DNA of 64,000 nt from an uncultured Verrucomicrobiae bacterium (GTDB lineage: Bacteria > Verrucomicrobiota > Verrucomicrobiia > Limisphaerales > UBA11358): contig CAWHLR010000026.1 of assembly GCA_963830235.1 (NCBI GenBank), forward strand, positions 4,792 through 68,791, in the 5' to 3' direction. Shown here one piece after another: positions 26,405 through 35,658 of the stretch; the first letter of the stretch is position 1; every line of letters begins with the position of its first letter. A program made the position numbers and the translations under genes. Below the pieces are notes generated by a model. It saw nothing but the letters and a program-made list of their open reading frames with translations, was not told the DNA's origin and made no database searches.

Positions 26405-28771
26405 ATGAAAAGGGTTCTGGCGCCAATCTTCTGGCTGCTGCTTGCACTGGCCGGCGCGGACGCCTATGCCACGCTGGCGTTTCGCCGGAGCGAGCCGGTC
26501 AATTCAGCCTATATTCTCATCGCGGCGGTCTGCACCTATGCCATCGGCTACCGGTTTTATTCCAAATGGATTGCCGCGCGCGTGCTCACGCTCAATGACC
26601 GCCGCGCCACGCCATGCGAAGTCCACGACGACGGCAAGGATTTCGTGAGAACGAACAAATGGGTTGTCTTTGGCCATCATTTCGCGGCCATTGCCGGGCC
26701 GGGACCGCTGGTCGGGCCGGTGCTGGCGGCGCAATTCGGTTACCTGCCTGGCACACTGTGGATTTTAATCGGCGCCGTGCTCGGCGGCACGGTGCAGGAT
26801 TTCGTCATCTTGTTTTGCTCGATGCGGCGGGATGGCAAATCGCTCGGCCAGATGGTCAAGGAGGAATTGAATTCGCCGGTTGGCTTCATCGCGGGGCTGG
26901 CGATCCTGGCCATTCTGGTGATTATGCTCGCAGTCCTCGCACTCGTTGTGGTCAAGGCTCTCGCGGAAAGTCCGTGGGGTATTTTCACCGTTGGCGCAAC
27001 CATTCCCATCGCGTTGTTGATGGGCTGTTACCTGCGTTTCTTGCGCGTCGGAAAGATTCTGGAAGCCTCAGCCTTTGGTGTTACAATGCTGCTGCTCGCG
27101 GTGTGGGGCGGCAAACTGGTCTATGAAAATCCGCACTGGTCGCAGGTCTTTGGACTGCGCGACCTCACGGTTGCCTGGGTCATCATTGGCTACGGCGTCA
27201 TCTCCAGCAGCCTGCCGGTGTGGCTGCTGCTCGCGCCGCGCGATTACCTCAGCACGTTCATGAAACTCGGCACCATCTTCGCGCTCGCCCTCGGCATCCT
27301 GCTGCTCCTGCCCAATTTGCAAATGCCCGCGCTGACGCAATTCATTGACGGTTCCGGCCTGGTCGTGGCCGGAAAGGTTTTTCCGTTCTGCTTCATCACC
27401 ATCGCGTGTGGCGCGATTTCCGGTTTTCACACGCTCATCGCCAGCGGCACGACGCCGAAACTCATCACTCGTGAAGGTTATGCGCGGCCCATCGGTTATG
27501 GCGCGATGTGCTGCGAATCCTTCGTGGCCATCATAGCGATCATTGCCGCCTGCACCCTGGACCCGGGCGTCTATTTCAGCATGAACGTCAAAGGCGATCC
27601 CGCCGCCACCGTGGCCCTGGTCGCCTCGCATGGTTTTCCGGTGACCACCGGCCAGATGGCTGCGCTGGCCCATGAACTCGGCGAGAAAACCCTGTTCGGT
27701 CGCACTGGTGGCGCGGCCACGCTGGCCGTCGGCATGGCGCACATTTTTTCCAAGGCCGTCAACGGCCGCTGGCTCGACCTCTGGTATCACTTCGCCATCA
27801 TGTTTGAGGCGCTGTTCATCCTGACCACGGTGGACGCCGGCACGCGCGTGGGACGTTATCTGATTCAAAGTGTGCTCGGCCGGGTTTGGAAACCCCTGGG
27901 CGACCCGAAATATTTTCTCACCACACCGGTGGCCGCCGCGTTGATGGTAGGCGCGTGGGGATATTTTTTGATTCAAGGCGTGCGTGATCCGCTCGGCGGC
28001 GTCAACTCGCTCTGGCCGCTGTTTGGTATTGCCAACCAGATGCTTGCCGCCATCGCGTTGTGCCTGGCCACAACCGTCATTTTGAAAATGCAGCTTGGAG
28101 CGTCGGCCTCCGGCACGGCACGAATCGAGAAGCCCGCCGTGCCGGAGGCCGACGCTCCAAAACATTTGCCTGCGCTCGCGCTCATCACGTTCATTCCACT
28201 GGTCTGGCTGGCAGCGGTAACATTCACGGCAGGAGTTGAGAAAATTTTCCATCCCGACCCGCGCATCGGATTTCTGGCGCAGGCGCAAAAGCTGGCTGAA
28301 AAAGCACCCGCCTTGCAAAGTGCGCTCACCAACGCGAACGCTGCGGGTGATGCGGCCGCAATTGACACCGCTCAAATAGCATTGCGCGCCAACCGCACGC
28401 TCCGGTTCAACAACCTTCTCGACGCCGCCGTGGCCGGAATTTTTCTGGCTCTGGTCATCGCGATTGTTCTGTTAAGCTTGCGCGAGTGGATTTTGCTGCT
28501 GTCGCGGCGCAAACCGGCGGTGTTGCACGAAACCGGGCCGGTCTGGCTGCCGGATTACGCCGTCGTGGAGGGCGGGCGCAAGTTCAGCGGCGCGGCCGGC
28601 GCCGCCGCCCTGGCCCTGGCGCTGGCGAAGGAATGGTCCGGCGAATCGCATCTGGAACGCGCGCAGCAGCAGCAAACGCAGGCGGTTTGCCAATGCCATT
28701 CCGCGAACGCACAGCAGGTTTACGTCGAAGCCACGGAACAGCGGTTCAACGGTGTGCGGCGGTGTTGTTAA
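26405..28771 (+). CDS. cstA: carbon starvation protein A family transporter with a YbdD/YjiX-like C-terminal tail
   Basis: Polytopic protein with CstA-like blocks (VVFGHHFAAIAGPGPLVGP, ISGFHTLIASGTTPK). The C-terminus ends in ...EQRFNGVRRCC. Confidence 0.85.
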   Translation: MKRVLAPIFWLLLALAGADAYATLAFRRSEPVNSAYILIAAVCTYAIGYRFYSKWIAARVLTLNDRRATPCEVHDDGKDFVRTNKWVVFGHHFAAIAGPGPLVGPVLAAQFGYLPGTLWILIGAVLGGTVQDFVILFCSMRRDGKSLGQMVKEELNSPVGFIAGLAILAILVIMLAVLALVVVKALAESPWGIFTVGATIPIALLMGCYLRFLRVGKILEASAFGVTMLLLAVWGGKLVYENPHWSQVFGLRDLTVAWVIIGYGVISSSLPVWLLLAPRDYLSTFMKLGTIFALALGILLLLPNLQMPALTQFIDGSGLVVAGKVFPFCFITIACGAISGFHTLIASGTTPKLITREGYARPIGYGAMCCESFVAIIAIIAACTLDPGVYFSMNVKGDPAATVALVASHGFPVTTGQMAALAHELGEKTLFGRTGGAATLAVGMAHIFSKAVNGRWLDLWYHFAIMFEALFILTTVDAGTRVGRYLIQSVLGRVWKPLGDPKYFLTTPVAAALMVGAWGYFLIQGVRDPLGGVNSLWPLFGIANQMLAAIALCLATTVILKMQLGASASGTARIEKPAVPEADAPKHLPALALITFIPLVWLAAVTFTAGVEKIFHPDPRIGFLAQAQKLAEKAPALQSALTNANAAGDAAAIDTAQIALRANRTLRFNNLLDAAVAGIFLALVIAIVLLSLREWILLLSRRKPAVLHETGPVWLPDYAVVEGGRKFSGAAGAAALALALAKEWSGESHLERAQQQQTQAVCQCHSANAQQVYVEATEQRFNGVRRCC

Positions 28772-28778
28772 AAAATTT

Positions 28779-29341
28779 GGAGGGCACTGCTTCGTCAGTG
28801 CCCCAACTAAATTAAATTGATGCGGGAATTGCAATCAAACGGAGAAATCGGGCGTAAACATCCCGTTCACCAGCCCGTTTTTCAACAGGGCAATCAAGCG
28901 GTTATTGTCTTTGTCACAGTCAATGCCCACCAACGAAAACCCATCCTTGCCAAAACAGATGTGGCAAACATTGTTCTCACCACGTGGGAGCAGGCTGACA
29001 CGTGGCTGGTTGGACGTTATGTCATCATGCCCGACCACATTCACTTTTTTTGCGCACCGCGTGATGTGTCGGTAAACTTGAAGCGTTGGATGAAGTTCTG
29101 GAAGAGCCAGGTTTCTTTGCGCTGGCCGCGATCCGCCGAACAGCCCGTCTGGCAGCTTGATTTTTGGGACACGCAATTGCGTCGCGGCGAGAGTTATTCG
29201 GAGAAATGGGATTATGTTTGTCGAAACCCCGTGCGAAAAGGCCTTGCGGCAAGGCCGAAAGATTGGCCTTATGCAGGCGAATTGAATGTCCTGTCCTGGC
29301 ACGACAAATGAAATTAGGGCACTGACGAAGCAGTGCCCTCC
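28779..29341 (+). mobile_element. RAYT-like unit: Y1/HUH transposase gene bracketed by perfect inverted hairpin REPs
   Basis: ggagggcactgcttcgtcagtgccc (28779-28803) and its exact reverse complement (29317-29341). Each is itself a hairpin (gggcactg/cagtgccc). Confidence 0.85.
28817..29311 (+). CDS. IS200/Y1-type (REP-associated-like) tyrosine transposase
   Basis: HUH motif MPDHIHFFCAP and Tyr motif WDYVCRNPVRKGL. About 160 aa. Confidence 0.75.
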   Translation: MMRELQSNGEIGRKHPVHQPVFQQGNQAVIVFVTVNAHQRKPILAKTDVANIVLTTWEQADTWLVGRYVIMPDHIHFFCAPRDVSVNLKRWMKFWKSQVSLRWPRSAEQPVWQLDFWDTQLRRGESYSEKWDYVCRNPVRKGLAARPKDWPYAGELNVLSWHDK

Positions 29342-29346
29342 AAAAT

Positions 29347-29919
29347 ATGAAGCTTGGAATTTTTGGCGGCTCGTTTGACCCGGTTCACCTGGGACACCTG
29401 CTCGTCGCGCAGGCGGCGATGGAGGAACTGGGTCTGGACCGGCTGTTTTTCATTCCGGCGGCGCAATCGCCGTTCAAGCCGGAAAACCAGCCTGCGTCCG
29501 CATCCGTCCGGTTGCAATGGCTCCGGCTCGCCCTCGCCGGTAAAACGAATTGTGAAGTGGACGATCAGGAAATCCGCCGGGGCGGTGTTTCCTACACCAT
29601 CGACACCCTGCGTGATTATGCAAGACGATTTCCCAACGCGCATTTGTTTTGCCTCATCGGCGCCGACAACGCGGCCAAGCTCAACGAATGGCGGGAGGCC
29701 GGCGAACTGGCGAAGCTCGCGGAATTTGTCGCGATTCCGCGCCCGGGCGGGGCAACGGCAAACTTCCCGCCGCCGTTTCACGGACGGATGTTGAAAGGTT
29801 TTCCGCTGGGCGTGTCTTCGTCGGAAATCCGCGCGCGGGTGAAGGCCGGTTTGCCGATTGATCATCTTGTGCCGCCGCTGGTGGCCGAGGCGATTGGCAA
29901 TAACCGGCTTTATGTCTGA
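29347..29919 (+). CDS. nadD: nicotinate-nucleotide adenylyltransferase
   Basis: MKLGIFGGSFDPVHLGHL and ISSSEIR-like VSSSEIRARV. Confidence 0.9.
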   Translation: MKLGIFGGSFDPVHLGHLLVAQAAMEELGLDRLFFIPAAQSPFKPENQPASASVRLQWLRLALAGKTNCEVDDQEIRRGGVSYTIDTLRDYARRFPNAHLFCLIGADNAAKLNEWREAGELAKLAEFVAIPRPGGATANFPPPFHGRMLKGFPLGVSSSEIRARVKAGLPIDHLVPPLVAEAIGNNRLYV

Positions 29920-29923
29920 ACTA

Positions 29924-30003
29924 TCGTCCTCCTCCTCGTCCTCGTTCTCGTAATCGAAATTGAACAATCGAGGACGATGGACGAGGACGAGAACGAGGAG
30001 GAT
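29924..30003. repeat. GAGGACG-type periodic repeat with partially complementary arms
   Basis: tcgtcctcctcctcgtcctcgttctcgtaatcg ... atcgaggacgatggacgaggacgagaacgaggaggat. The arm register is imperfect. Confidence 0.6.
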
Positions 30004-30066
30004 TCAGCCCCAAAAATTTATTCGTGTCCATCCGTGTCCATTCGTGGTTATATTCTCCCGGCAACT

Positions 30067-30435
30067 ATGGATTCAAAGAAACTCGCCAAACTCTGCCGCG
30101 ATTATGCGGACAACAAAAAGGCCGAAAACATTGTCATCCTTGACGTGCGTGATTTGTCGTCGGTGACGGATTATTTTGTGATTGCGTCCGGCACGAGCGA
30201 ACCGCATTTGCGCGCCATTGTGGACGAAATCACGGATCGGTTGCGCGACGATCATGGGGTGCGTCCGCGCGCGGTGGATGGCACGGTGCATGGCGCGTGG
30301 GTGGTGCTGGATTTCTTTGACGTGATTGTCCACGTCATGCGGCAGGAGGCGCGCGAGCGTTACGACCTGGAAAGCCTCTGGGGCGACGCGGCGCGGGTGA
30401 AATTGAGGAAGAAATCCAGCCGTAAAAACCTGTAA
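30067..30435 (+). CDS. rsfS: ribosome silencing factor (iojap family)
   Basis: ENIVILDVRDLSSVTDYFVIASGTSEPHLRAI...WVVLDFFDVIVHVM. Confidence 0.9.
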   Translation: MDSKKLAKLCRDYADNKKAENIVILDVRDLSSVTDYFVIASGTSEPHLRAIVDEITDRLRDDHGVRPRAVDGTVHGAWVVLDFFDVIVHVMRQEARERYDLESLWGDAARVKLRKKSSRKNL

Positions 30436-30487
30436 AAGCCGCCGGCAAAAGGCTCGCTTGTGCCGGTGCCAGAAAATCAGAGACGCC

Positions 30488-30790
30488 TCAGGGCATCTCC
30501 GGCGGCGGGGCGCTTTTCATCGGTATTTCGTTCGACGCCTTCACCATGTCTTCGAGGAGCTTTTTGAAATCATCCAATCCCGTGGACGGGATGATGATGG
30601 TGTCGCGTCGTCCGCCGACATCTTCGGTGATGCGCAGGAACCGGCCGCGCGGGTTTTCCTTGAGCGTGAACACAAAGGTTTTGCGCTCGATTTGAATCTT
30701 GTCGCTCTTCAGGGTGTCTTCCTGAACCGGCGGCTTGGGCTGGCTGTAAGGCCGAAACCCAAATGGTGATGGTCGTTCGTTTGATATCAT
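30488..30790 (-). CDS. bacterial PUR-alpha-like nucleic-acid-binding protein (DUF3276-like)
   Basis: LKSDKIQIERKTFVFTLKENPRGRFLRITEDVGGRRDTIIIPSTGLDDF fits the PUR repeat pattern as I recall it. Confidence 0.6.
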   Translation of the reverse strand: MISNERPSPFGFRPYSQPKPPVQEDTLKSDKIQIERKTFVFTLKENPRGRFLRITEDVGGRRDTIIIPSTGLDDFKKLLEDMVKASNEIPMKSAPPPEMP

Positions 30791-30891
30791 ACTACTTGCT
30801 ACTTTTCCCGCTGAAGACGCCCTAAGCGCACAATCCAGCTTTGACAATAATTTCAACCGAAATGGTTATTTGTCAAATGGGAAATTTTAAC

Positions 30892-32202
30892 CTACAAAAT
30901 GTTCGCCGCCAGCTCGGCCAGCTCGGATCGCTCGCCCTTTTGCAATTCAATATGCGCCGCAATGGCTTCGGAACGGAACCGGCTGACGATGTAATTGAAT
31001 CCGTTTGACGATGAATCCACGTAGGGATTGTCAATCTGATAGGGGTCGCCGGTGAAGATGATCTTCGTGCCGTTGCCGACGCGGGTGATGATGGTCTTGG
31101 TTTCAAGCGGCGTGAGGTTTTGCGCTTCGTCAATGATCATGAACTGATTCGCAATGCTGCGTCCGCGAATGTAGCTGAGCGCCTCCACCACGATGCTGCC
31201 GGAACGCATCAGGTCGGCGCTGCGGCGATGGTCATGCCCCATGTTGAGGTCGCTGAGCATTTCCAGCGCGTCGTGGATCGGCTGCATCCACGGCGCCAGT
31301 TTTTCTTCGAGCGATCCCGGCAAAAAGCCCAGTTCCTTGCCCATCGAAATCGTCGGGCGGGCGACAACCAGCCGGCGGAATTCACGGTCGTTGACGACCC
31401 GCTTGAGTCCGGCGGCCATGGCGAGCAGCGTTTTGCCGGTGCCGGCCTTGCCCATGAGCGTGACCAGCTTGACGCGGTCATCGAGCAGCGCGTCCAGGGC
31501 GAAATGCTGTTCGCGGTTGCGCGGTTTGATGCCCCAGATGCCTTCGCGGCAGTCAATGATGGGAATCAGCTTGGTGCCGGTGGCGTCCACCTTGGTGAGC
31601 GCGGTGCGTTTGGGATTCGCTTCGTCAGTGAGCGTGCAGTATTCGTTCGGAAAATATTTCTTGCCGGCGGCCAGGGCGAGTTCGCCGTTGGTTCGGAACG
31701 CGGCCATTTTGTCCGGGGCCACGGCCATGGCCATCACGCCGGTGTAAAGGTCGGTGATGAACACCCGGTCGGTCTCGTAATCCTCGGCCTGCAAACCCAG
31801 CGCGTCGGCTTTGATGCGCAGATTGATGTCCTTGCTGACCAAAATCGTCGGGTTTTTTGGCTGCGACTTTTGAATGCTCGCGGCGAGCGAAAGAATCCGA
31901 TTGTCCACGCTGTTGCCATTGACGTGAACGTCACCGTTGACCTGTCCGTTTTTTTGAAAGGCGATTTGCAACTGGCCGCCGTTGGGCAATTTCACGCCCT
32001 CGCTCAGGTGCCCAGCGCCGCGGAAACTGTCGAGCATCCGGGACACGCTGCGCGCGTTCTGGCCCAGTTCGCTGGACTCGCGTTTGAAATGGTCAATTTC
32101 CTCGATGACTTCAATGGGAATCAGGACATGGTTGTCCGCAAAGTTCAGCAGCGAGTTGGGGTCGTGGAGCAGAACGTTGGTGTCAATGATGTAATTTTTC
32201 AA
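30892..32202 (-). CDS. PhoH-family ATPase with N-terminal PIN domain (YlaK-like)
   Basis: MKNYIIDTNVLLHDP (PIN) and Walker A GKAGTGKTLLA. Confidence 0.85.
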   Translation of the reverse strand: MKNYIIDTNVLLHDPNSLLNFADNHVLIPIEVIEEIDHFKRESSELGQNARSVSRMLDSFRGAGHLSEGVKLPNGGQLQIAFQKNGQVNGDVHVNGNSVDNRILSLAASIQKSQPKNPTILVSKDINLRIKADALGLQAEDYETDRVFITDLYTGVMAMAVAPDKMAAFRTNGELALAAGKKYFPNEYCTLTDEANPKRTALTKVDATGTKLIPIIDCREGIWGIKPRNREQHFALDALLDDRVKLVTLMGKAGTGKTLLAMAAGLKRVVNDREFRRLVVARPTISMGKELGFLPGSLEEKLAPWMQPIHDALEMLSDLNMGHDHRRSADLMRSGSIVVEALSYIRGRSIANQFMIIDEAQNLTPLETKTIITRVGNGTKIIFTGDPYQIDNPYVDSSSNGFNYIVSRFRSEAIAAHIELQKGERSELAELAANIL

Positions 32203-32863
32203 GGCGTTGGGCGTGTTTCAAAGTTTTCATCCGGCGATGCCAGGCGATGATTTGCGGGTGGGCGGCGGGCAGCCGGTGGTGGCCGGAGTAAAGAAAATTC
32301 CCAAGCATCCCGAACAAATCGAAATCCACAAACCGCGGCTGCGCGCCGAGCAAAAACGGCTGGTGCGCGAGCATTTCCTCAAAGGGAACCAGTTTTTGTT
32401 CCAGTTGTTTGAGCCATTCGCCCCGTTGCGCACGCCATTGGTCAAAGCAGCCACGGCCAAACTTGCGCTCCTTGAACCGCAGACATTGCAGTTGATCGGA
32501 TGCCGGCACGTTTTCCTTCCAGTAAATGTCGTTCAGCCGGAACGTCGCGCCCTCGATGTCGTTTTCAATGAACTGCCAGAGAATGGACTGGACGCCTTCA
32601 ATGTTGGCGGGGAAAAGTCCGAGCTGCAATTCTTCGTCGAGGTATTTCGCGATGACCTGCGTCTCATCGCCGACTTCAAACAGCACGTTTTTGCCGTCCC
32701 GGATGATCGGCACGTTGTAATAGCGCTGCTTCGTCAACTTCCAAACCAGCGAGCGGTCCTGGCTGGGAATGTTGATGATTTTGAAGCGGACGCCGGCAAA
32801 TTCCAAAATACGCCGTTGAACAATGCAAAACGGACTCCACGGAATCTGGATCAGTTCAATCAT
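32183..32863 (-). CDS. glutathione S-transferase / glutaredoxin-like protein
   Basis: The N-terminal thioredoxin-like segment IQIPWSPFCIVQRRILEFAGV...VPIIRDG is followed by a helical C-domain. Confidence 0.6.
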   Translation of the reverse strand: MIELIQIPWSPFCIVQRRILEFAGVRFKIINIPSQDRSLVWKLTKQRYYNVPIIRDGKNVLFEVGDETQVIAKYLDEELQLGLFPANIEGVQSILWQFIENDIEGATFRLNDIYWKENVPASDQLQCLRFKERKFGRGCFDQWRAQRGEWLKQLEQKLVPFEEMLAHQPFLLGAQPRFVDFDLFGMLGNFLYSGHHRLPAAHPQIIAWHRRMKTLKHAQRLEKLHH

Positions 32864-32971
32864 GTCAAAAATTCACCGCGTCACCAACCAGTGCAATTTA
32901 GGTCCCGAACGGCGGGGTGACAAGTGCAAACACCACTTTACACTTTCGCGCGGCGGGACTAAAGTCGCCAC

Positions 32972-33641
32972 ATGGCTTCTGATTATGATGCAACGGAGTT
33001 TGTGGACACCGACTTTCAAGCGCACAAATCGCCCTACGGCACGCCCGCGCCCAACGACCCGCTCCGCGCGCCCACGCGCGACGAGGTGGACCGCAAGGTC
33101 GTCGAGGCGCAGCAAAAACTCGCCGAGCTGAAACGGGCGCAGGATGACCTGGAGCGCGAACGCGCCGCGCTCGAGGAATTGCGCCGCCGCCAGACGGAAT
33201 TTCAAACCGGCCGCCAGGAAATGATCCATCACCTCACGCGCGGCCTCGGCCTGCTCGAAGAGGCCGAGTTCAATGCCCGCCGCGACGCCGAGCAAATGGT
33301 CAAGACCGTGGCCGATTTTCGCGACGCGCTCGATAAAATCCAGGCCATCCACGATGAAACCTGGACCGAAGGACAATTTCAGCATCGAACTCACCCGCGG
33401 CCTCACCACCATCGAAAACGCGCGCATGGAATGGAATTCCGCCCGGCTCAAATTTCCCGTCCTGGAAGGCGAGGCAAAGAAAGGAGCCGAAGCGGAAGAA
33501 GCTCCGGCGCCCGCCATATCGCCGTTTGCCAGCCTAAGCGTGGGAGAACTCTGTAAAATTGGTTTTGCGATGACCTGGCCGCTGGCTTTGGTGGCGCTGG
33601 TCGCCTTGGGCGTGTTCCTCGCCATTTTGTTGCGCCACTGA
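32972..33641 (+). CDS. coiled-coil protein with C-terminal TM anchor; frame break near 33368
   Basis: ORF 32972 reads sensibly up to ...IHDETWTE. The sequence then continues in the frame of ORF 33273 as DNFSIELTRGLTTIENARMEW...WPLALVALVALGVFLAILL. Confidence 0.5.
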
Positions 33642-33651
33642 AATTTGTCGT

Positions 33652-34164
33652 ATGGCGTTCGCGAAGAAAAAAATTGACCCGATTTCCGACCGTTCGCGCG
33701 CACTCAACGACCAGATTGCCGCCCTCGAAACCGAAATCAAAAAGCTCGACGCGCAGCTTCAGCGCGCGCCCGCTCCCAAATTTCGTTCCACCGCCATTCC
33801 ACACGCCGCGACCGTTGCCCGCGCACACGAGGCTCCGCCTCCAACACCGCCGGTGCAGGAGCCGGTTTTTGAAGAGATAAAACCATTGTCCGACACCGAG
33901 GAAATTGCCGCGCCCGAACAGTTCAACGATCTCGGCGTGCGCAAATACGATTTGCCCGCGCTGTTCCACCGCATCCGGACCCATTTCCGCCGGCCGACCA
34001 CGAACAATCCGCGGCTCGTCGCCTATCTGGCCGCCGGCGGCGTGCATGGCCTGCGCCCGATGCGCTACGAGAAACGCGTCGCGCGCAACCGCTTCATCTT
34101 TTTCGCCGCCGCGCTGTTTTTGTTGCTGCTTGGCCTGATCCTGATGTATGCCCACAACCATTAA
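33652..34164 (+). CDS. hypothetical protein with coiled-coil N-terminus and C-terminal TM anchor
   Basis: ORF with coding-like composition and the hydrophobic tail FIFFAAALFLLLLGLILMY. Confidence 0.55.
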   Translation: MAFAKKKIDPISDRSRALNDQIAALETEIKKLDAQLQRAPAPKFRSTAIPHAATVARAHEAPPPTPPVQEPVFEEIKPLSDTEEIAAPEQFNDLGVRKYDLPALFHRIRTHFRRPTTNNPRLVAYLAAGGVHGLRPMRYEKRVARNRFIFFAAALFLLLLGLILMYAHNH

Positions 34165-34174
34165 CCATCTGCGC

Positions 34175-34681
34175 ATGAAAACCCCATTCGTCGAACTGCC
34201 GGTTTCCACGCGTGACGGTCAATTCGTCGCCCGTTATTCGGAAAAAGGACTGGCGGAACTGGATTTCCCCGCCAGTGGCAGGGCGGGGCTGCCGCCCCGC
34301 CAGGACGCGCGGCAGCGCGTCCCTGCCAAAATATCCCGCTGGCATCGCGCAACCGCCGCCGCGTTGAAGGCGGTTCTCGCCGGGCGCGCGGCGAAAACAC
34401 TGCCGCCGCTCGATTGGTCCGGCAAAACGGAATTTCAGAAAAGCGTCTGGCGCGCGCTGCGCAAAATCCGCCGCGGCCAGACCAAAAGCTACGGCGAAAT
34501 TGCCCGTGCCATTGGCAAACCGAAGGCCGTTCGCGCCGTGGGCGGCGCATGCGGCGCGAATCCAATCCCGGTTTTAATTCCGTGTCACCGCGTGCTCGCC
34601 GCGAATGGAAAAATTGGCGGTTTCTCCGGCGGATTAAATCGGAAGCGCGAACTGCTCGCGCGCGAAGGGGTTTTCTTGTAG
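34175..34681 (+). CDS. ogt: methylated-DNA-protein-cysteine methyltransferase
   Basis: IPCHRV active-site motif and GEIARAIGKPKAVRAVGGACGANP. Confidence 0.9.
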   Translation: MKTPFVELPVSTRDGQFVARYSEKGLAELDFPASGRAGLPPRQDARQRVPAKISRWHRATAAALKAVLAGRAAKTLPPLDWSGKTEFQKSVWRALRKIRRGQTKSYGEIARAIGKPKAVRAVGGACGANPIPVLIPCHRVLAANGKIGGFSGGLNRKRELLAREGVFL

Positions 34682-34700
34682 CAGCCGACGTCAGTCGGCT
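34677..34700 (+). repeat. solo REP hairpin (GTAGCAGCCGAC family) overlapping the ogt stop codon
   Basis: GTAGCAGCCGACGTCAGTCGGCT has stem agccgac/gtcggct. The TAG of GTAG serves as the ogt stop codon. Confidence 0.75.
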
Positions 34701-34716
34701 CAAAAATCACGTGGTT

Positions 34717-35316
34717 ATGATAGAAGCACTAAATTCAGACAAAGCTATGGCATTTCGCTTTTTGTTCAGCGTTTTTATATGTTTAATGCTGCCATTTGCG
34801 AGCTTCTTTCTCTCTGCCAGAGTACGAACCAAACTCGGAAAACGTAAAGTCATCACAGGATTGATTCTACTTCTAGTCATCTTCCCGGTTGCGCTCGCAG
34901 TCGTTGCACCATATTTGCTCAAGTCGCCCTATATTCGTTTCACGGAGAAAGACCAACACTATTATGCCGAGATCGCCAAAGCTTCTGATTTGCTGCTACA
35001 GCAACACACGATTTTCTCTAAGCATTCAGAGCCACTTTCGCAACAGCACCCAAAAACTGATTTCTTTTGGATGGATACCAACAACAATGTCTGGGATATG
35101 ATTAACATTTCAGGGCAAGATCCGACGCTTCCCAAAGCCATCCAAGCACTGCATCCCCACCAAATCCTCATTGCGCCAAATCGTGTTTGTATTTGTATCG
35201 GTGTAAGACCTGACTACACGATAATTTGGGCACAAGATGAGATGCAAACTAACTCTTGGACTCTAACGTGCGGCGGTGAAGGCGTGGGGGAAAGCCTTTA
35301 CGCAGAGAAGCGGTAA
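34717..35316 (+). CDS. ORFan membrane protein in a visibly AT-richer segment
   Basis: 199-aa ORF with two hydrophobic segments. Its composition is clearly AT-richer than the flanking sequence. Confidence 0.5.
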   Translation: MIEALNSDKAMAFRFLFSVFICLMLPFASFFLSARVRTKLGKRKVITGLILLLVIFPVALAVVAPYLLKSPYIRFTEKDQHYYAEIAKASDLLLQQHTIFSKHSEPLSQQHPKTDFFWMDTNNNVWDMINISGQDPTLPKAIQALHPHQILIAPNRVCICIGVRPDYTIIWAQDEMQTNSWTLTCGGEGVGESLYAEKR

Positions 35317-35361
35317 TAAACCACAACGACAAGCCGCCAATTCTCTCCGTTACCTACTGCT

Positions 35362-35461
35362 CACCCTGCCGTCAGCCGGATGATCTCGCGCAGCGTCGTG
35401 CGCGGGCGGAATTTCACGAAGCGTTCGAGCTTTTTCACCAGTGGCTTGCGCCGGCGGGGTT
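35362..35461 (-). pseudogene. relic copy of the 3' end of the epimerase gene
   Basis: About 85 percent identical by eye to 35661-35757, the C-terminal ~31 codons of the gene at 35659-36669. No upstream coding part is present. Confidence 0.7.
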
Positions 35462-35483
35462 TCGTCCCGCAGGGACAACCGAG

Positions 35484-35632
35484 AATAGCCCGCAGTTTCA
35501 ACTGCGGGTTTTGATGCCATAAAAATCACAAGCCCCGGAGGGGCGGATCGAATCTGCAACGATTTTGTCTGCCGCCCCTCCGGGGCTTGATTGATATTGG
35601 GCTGTTACCCGGCGTTGAAACGCCGGGCTATT
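35484..35632. repeat. three-hairpin structured element, copy 1
   Basis: agcccgcag-tttcaa-ctgcgggtt; agccccggaggggcgg...ccgcccctccggggct; tacccggcg-ttgaaa-cgccgggcta. Confidence 0.8.
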
Positions 35633-35658
35633 GTCGGTCGTCGCTCTGCGACTACAAT

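Noticed and set aside
29977-30066. Acidic N-terminal extension (MDEDENEEDS...) of the rsfS ORF.
   Set aside because: It is simply the translation of the GAGGACG-type repeat. The conserved RsfS sequence starts at MDSKKLAKL (30067).
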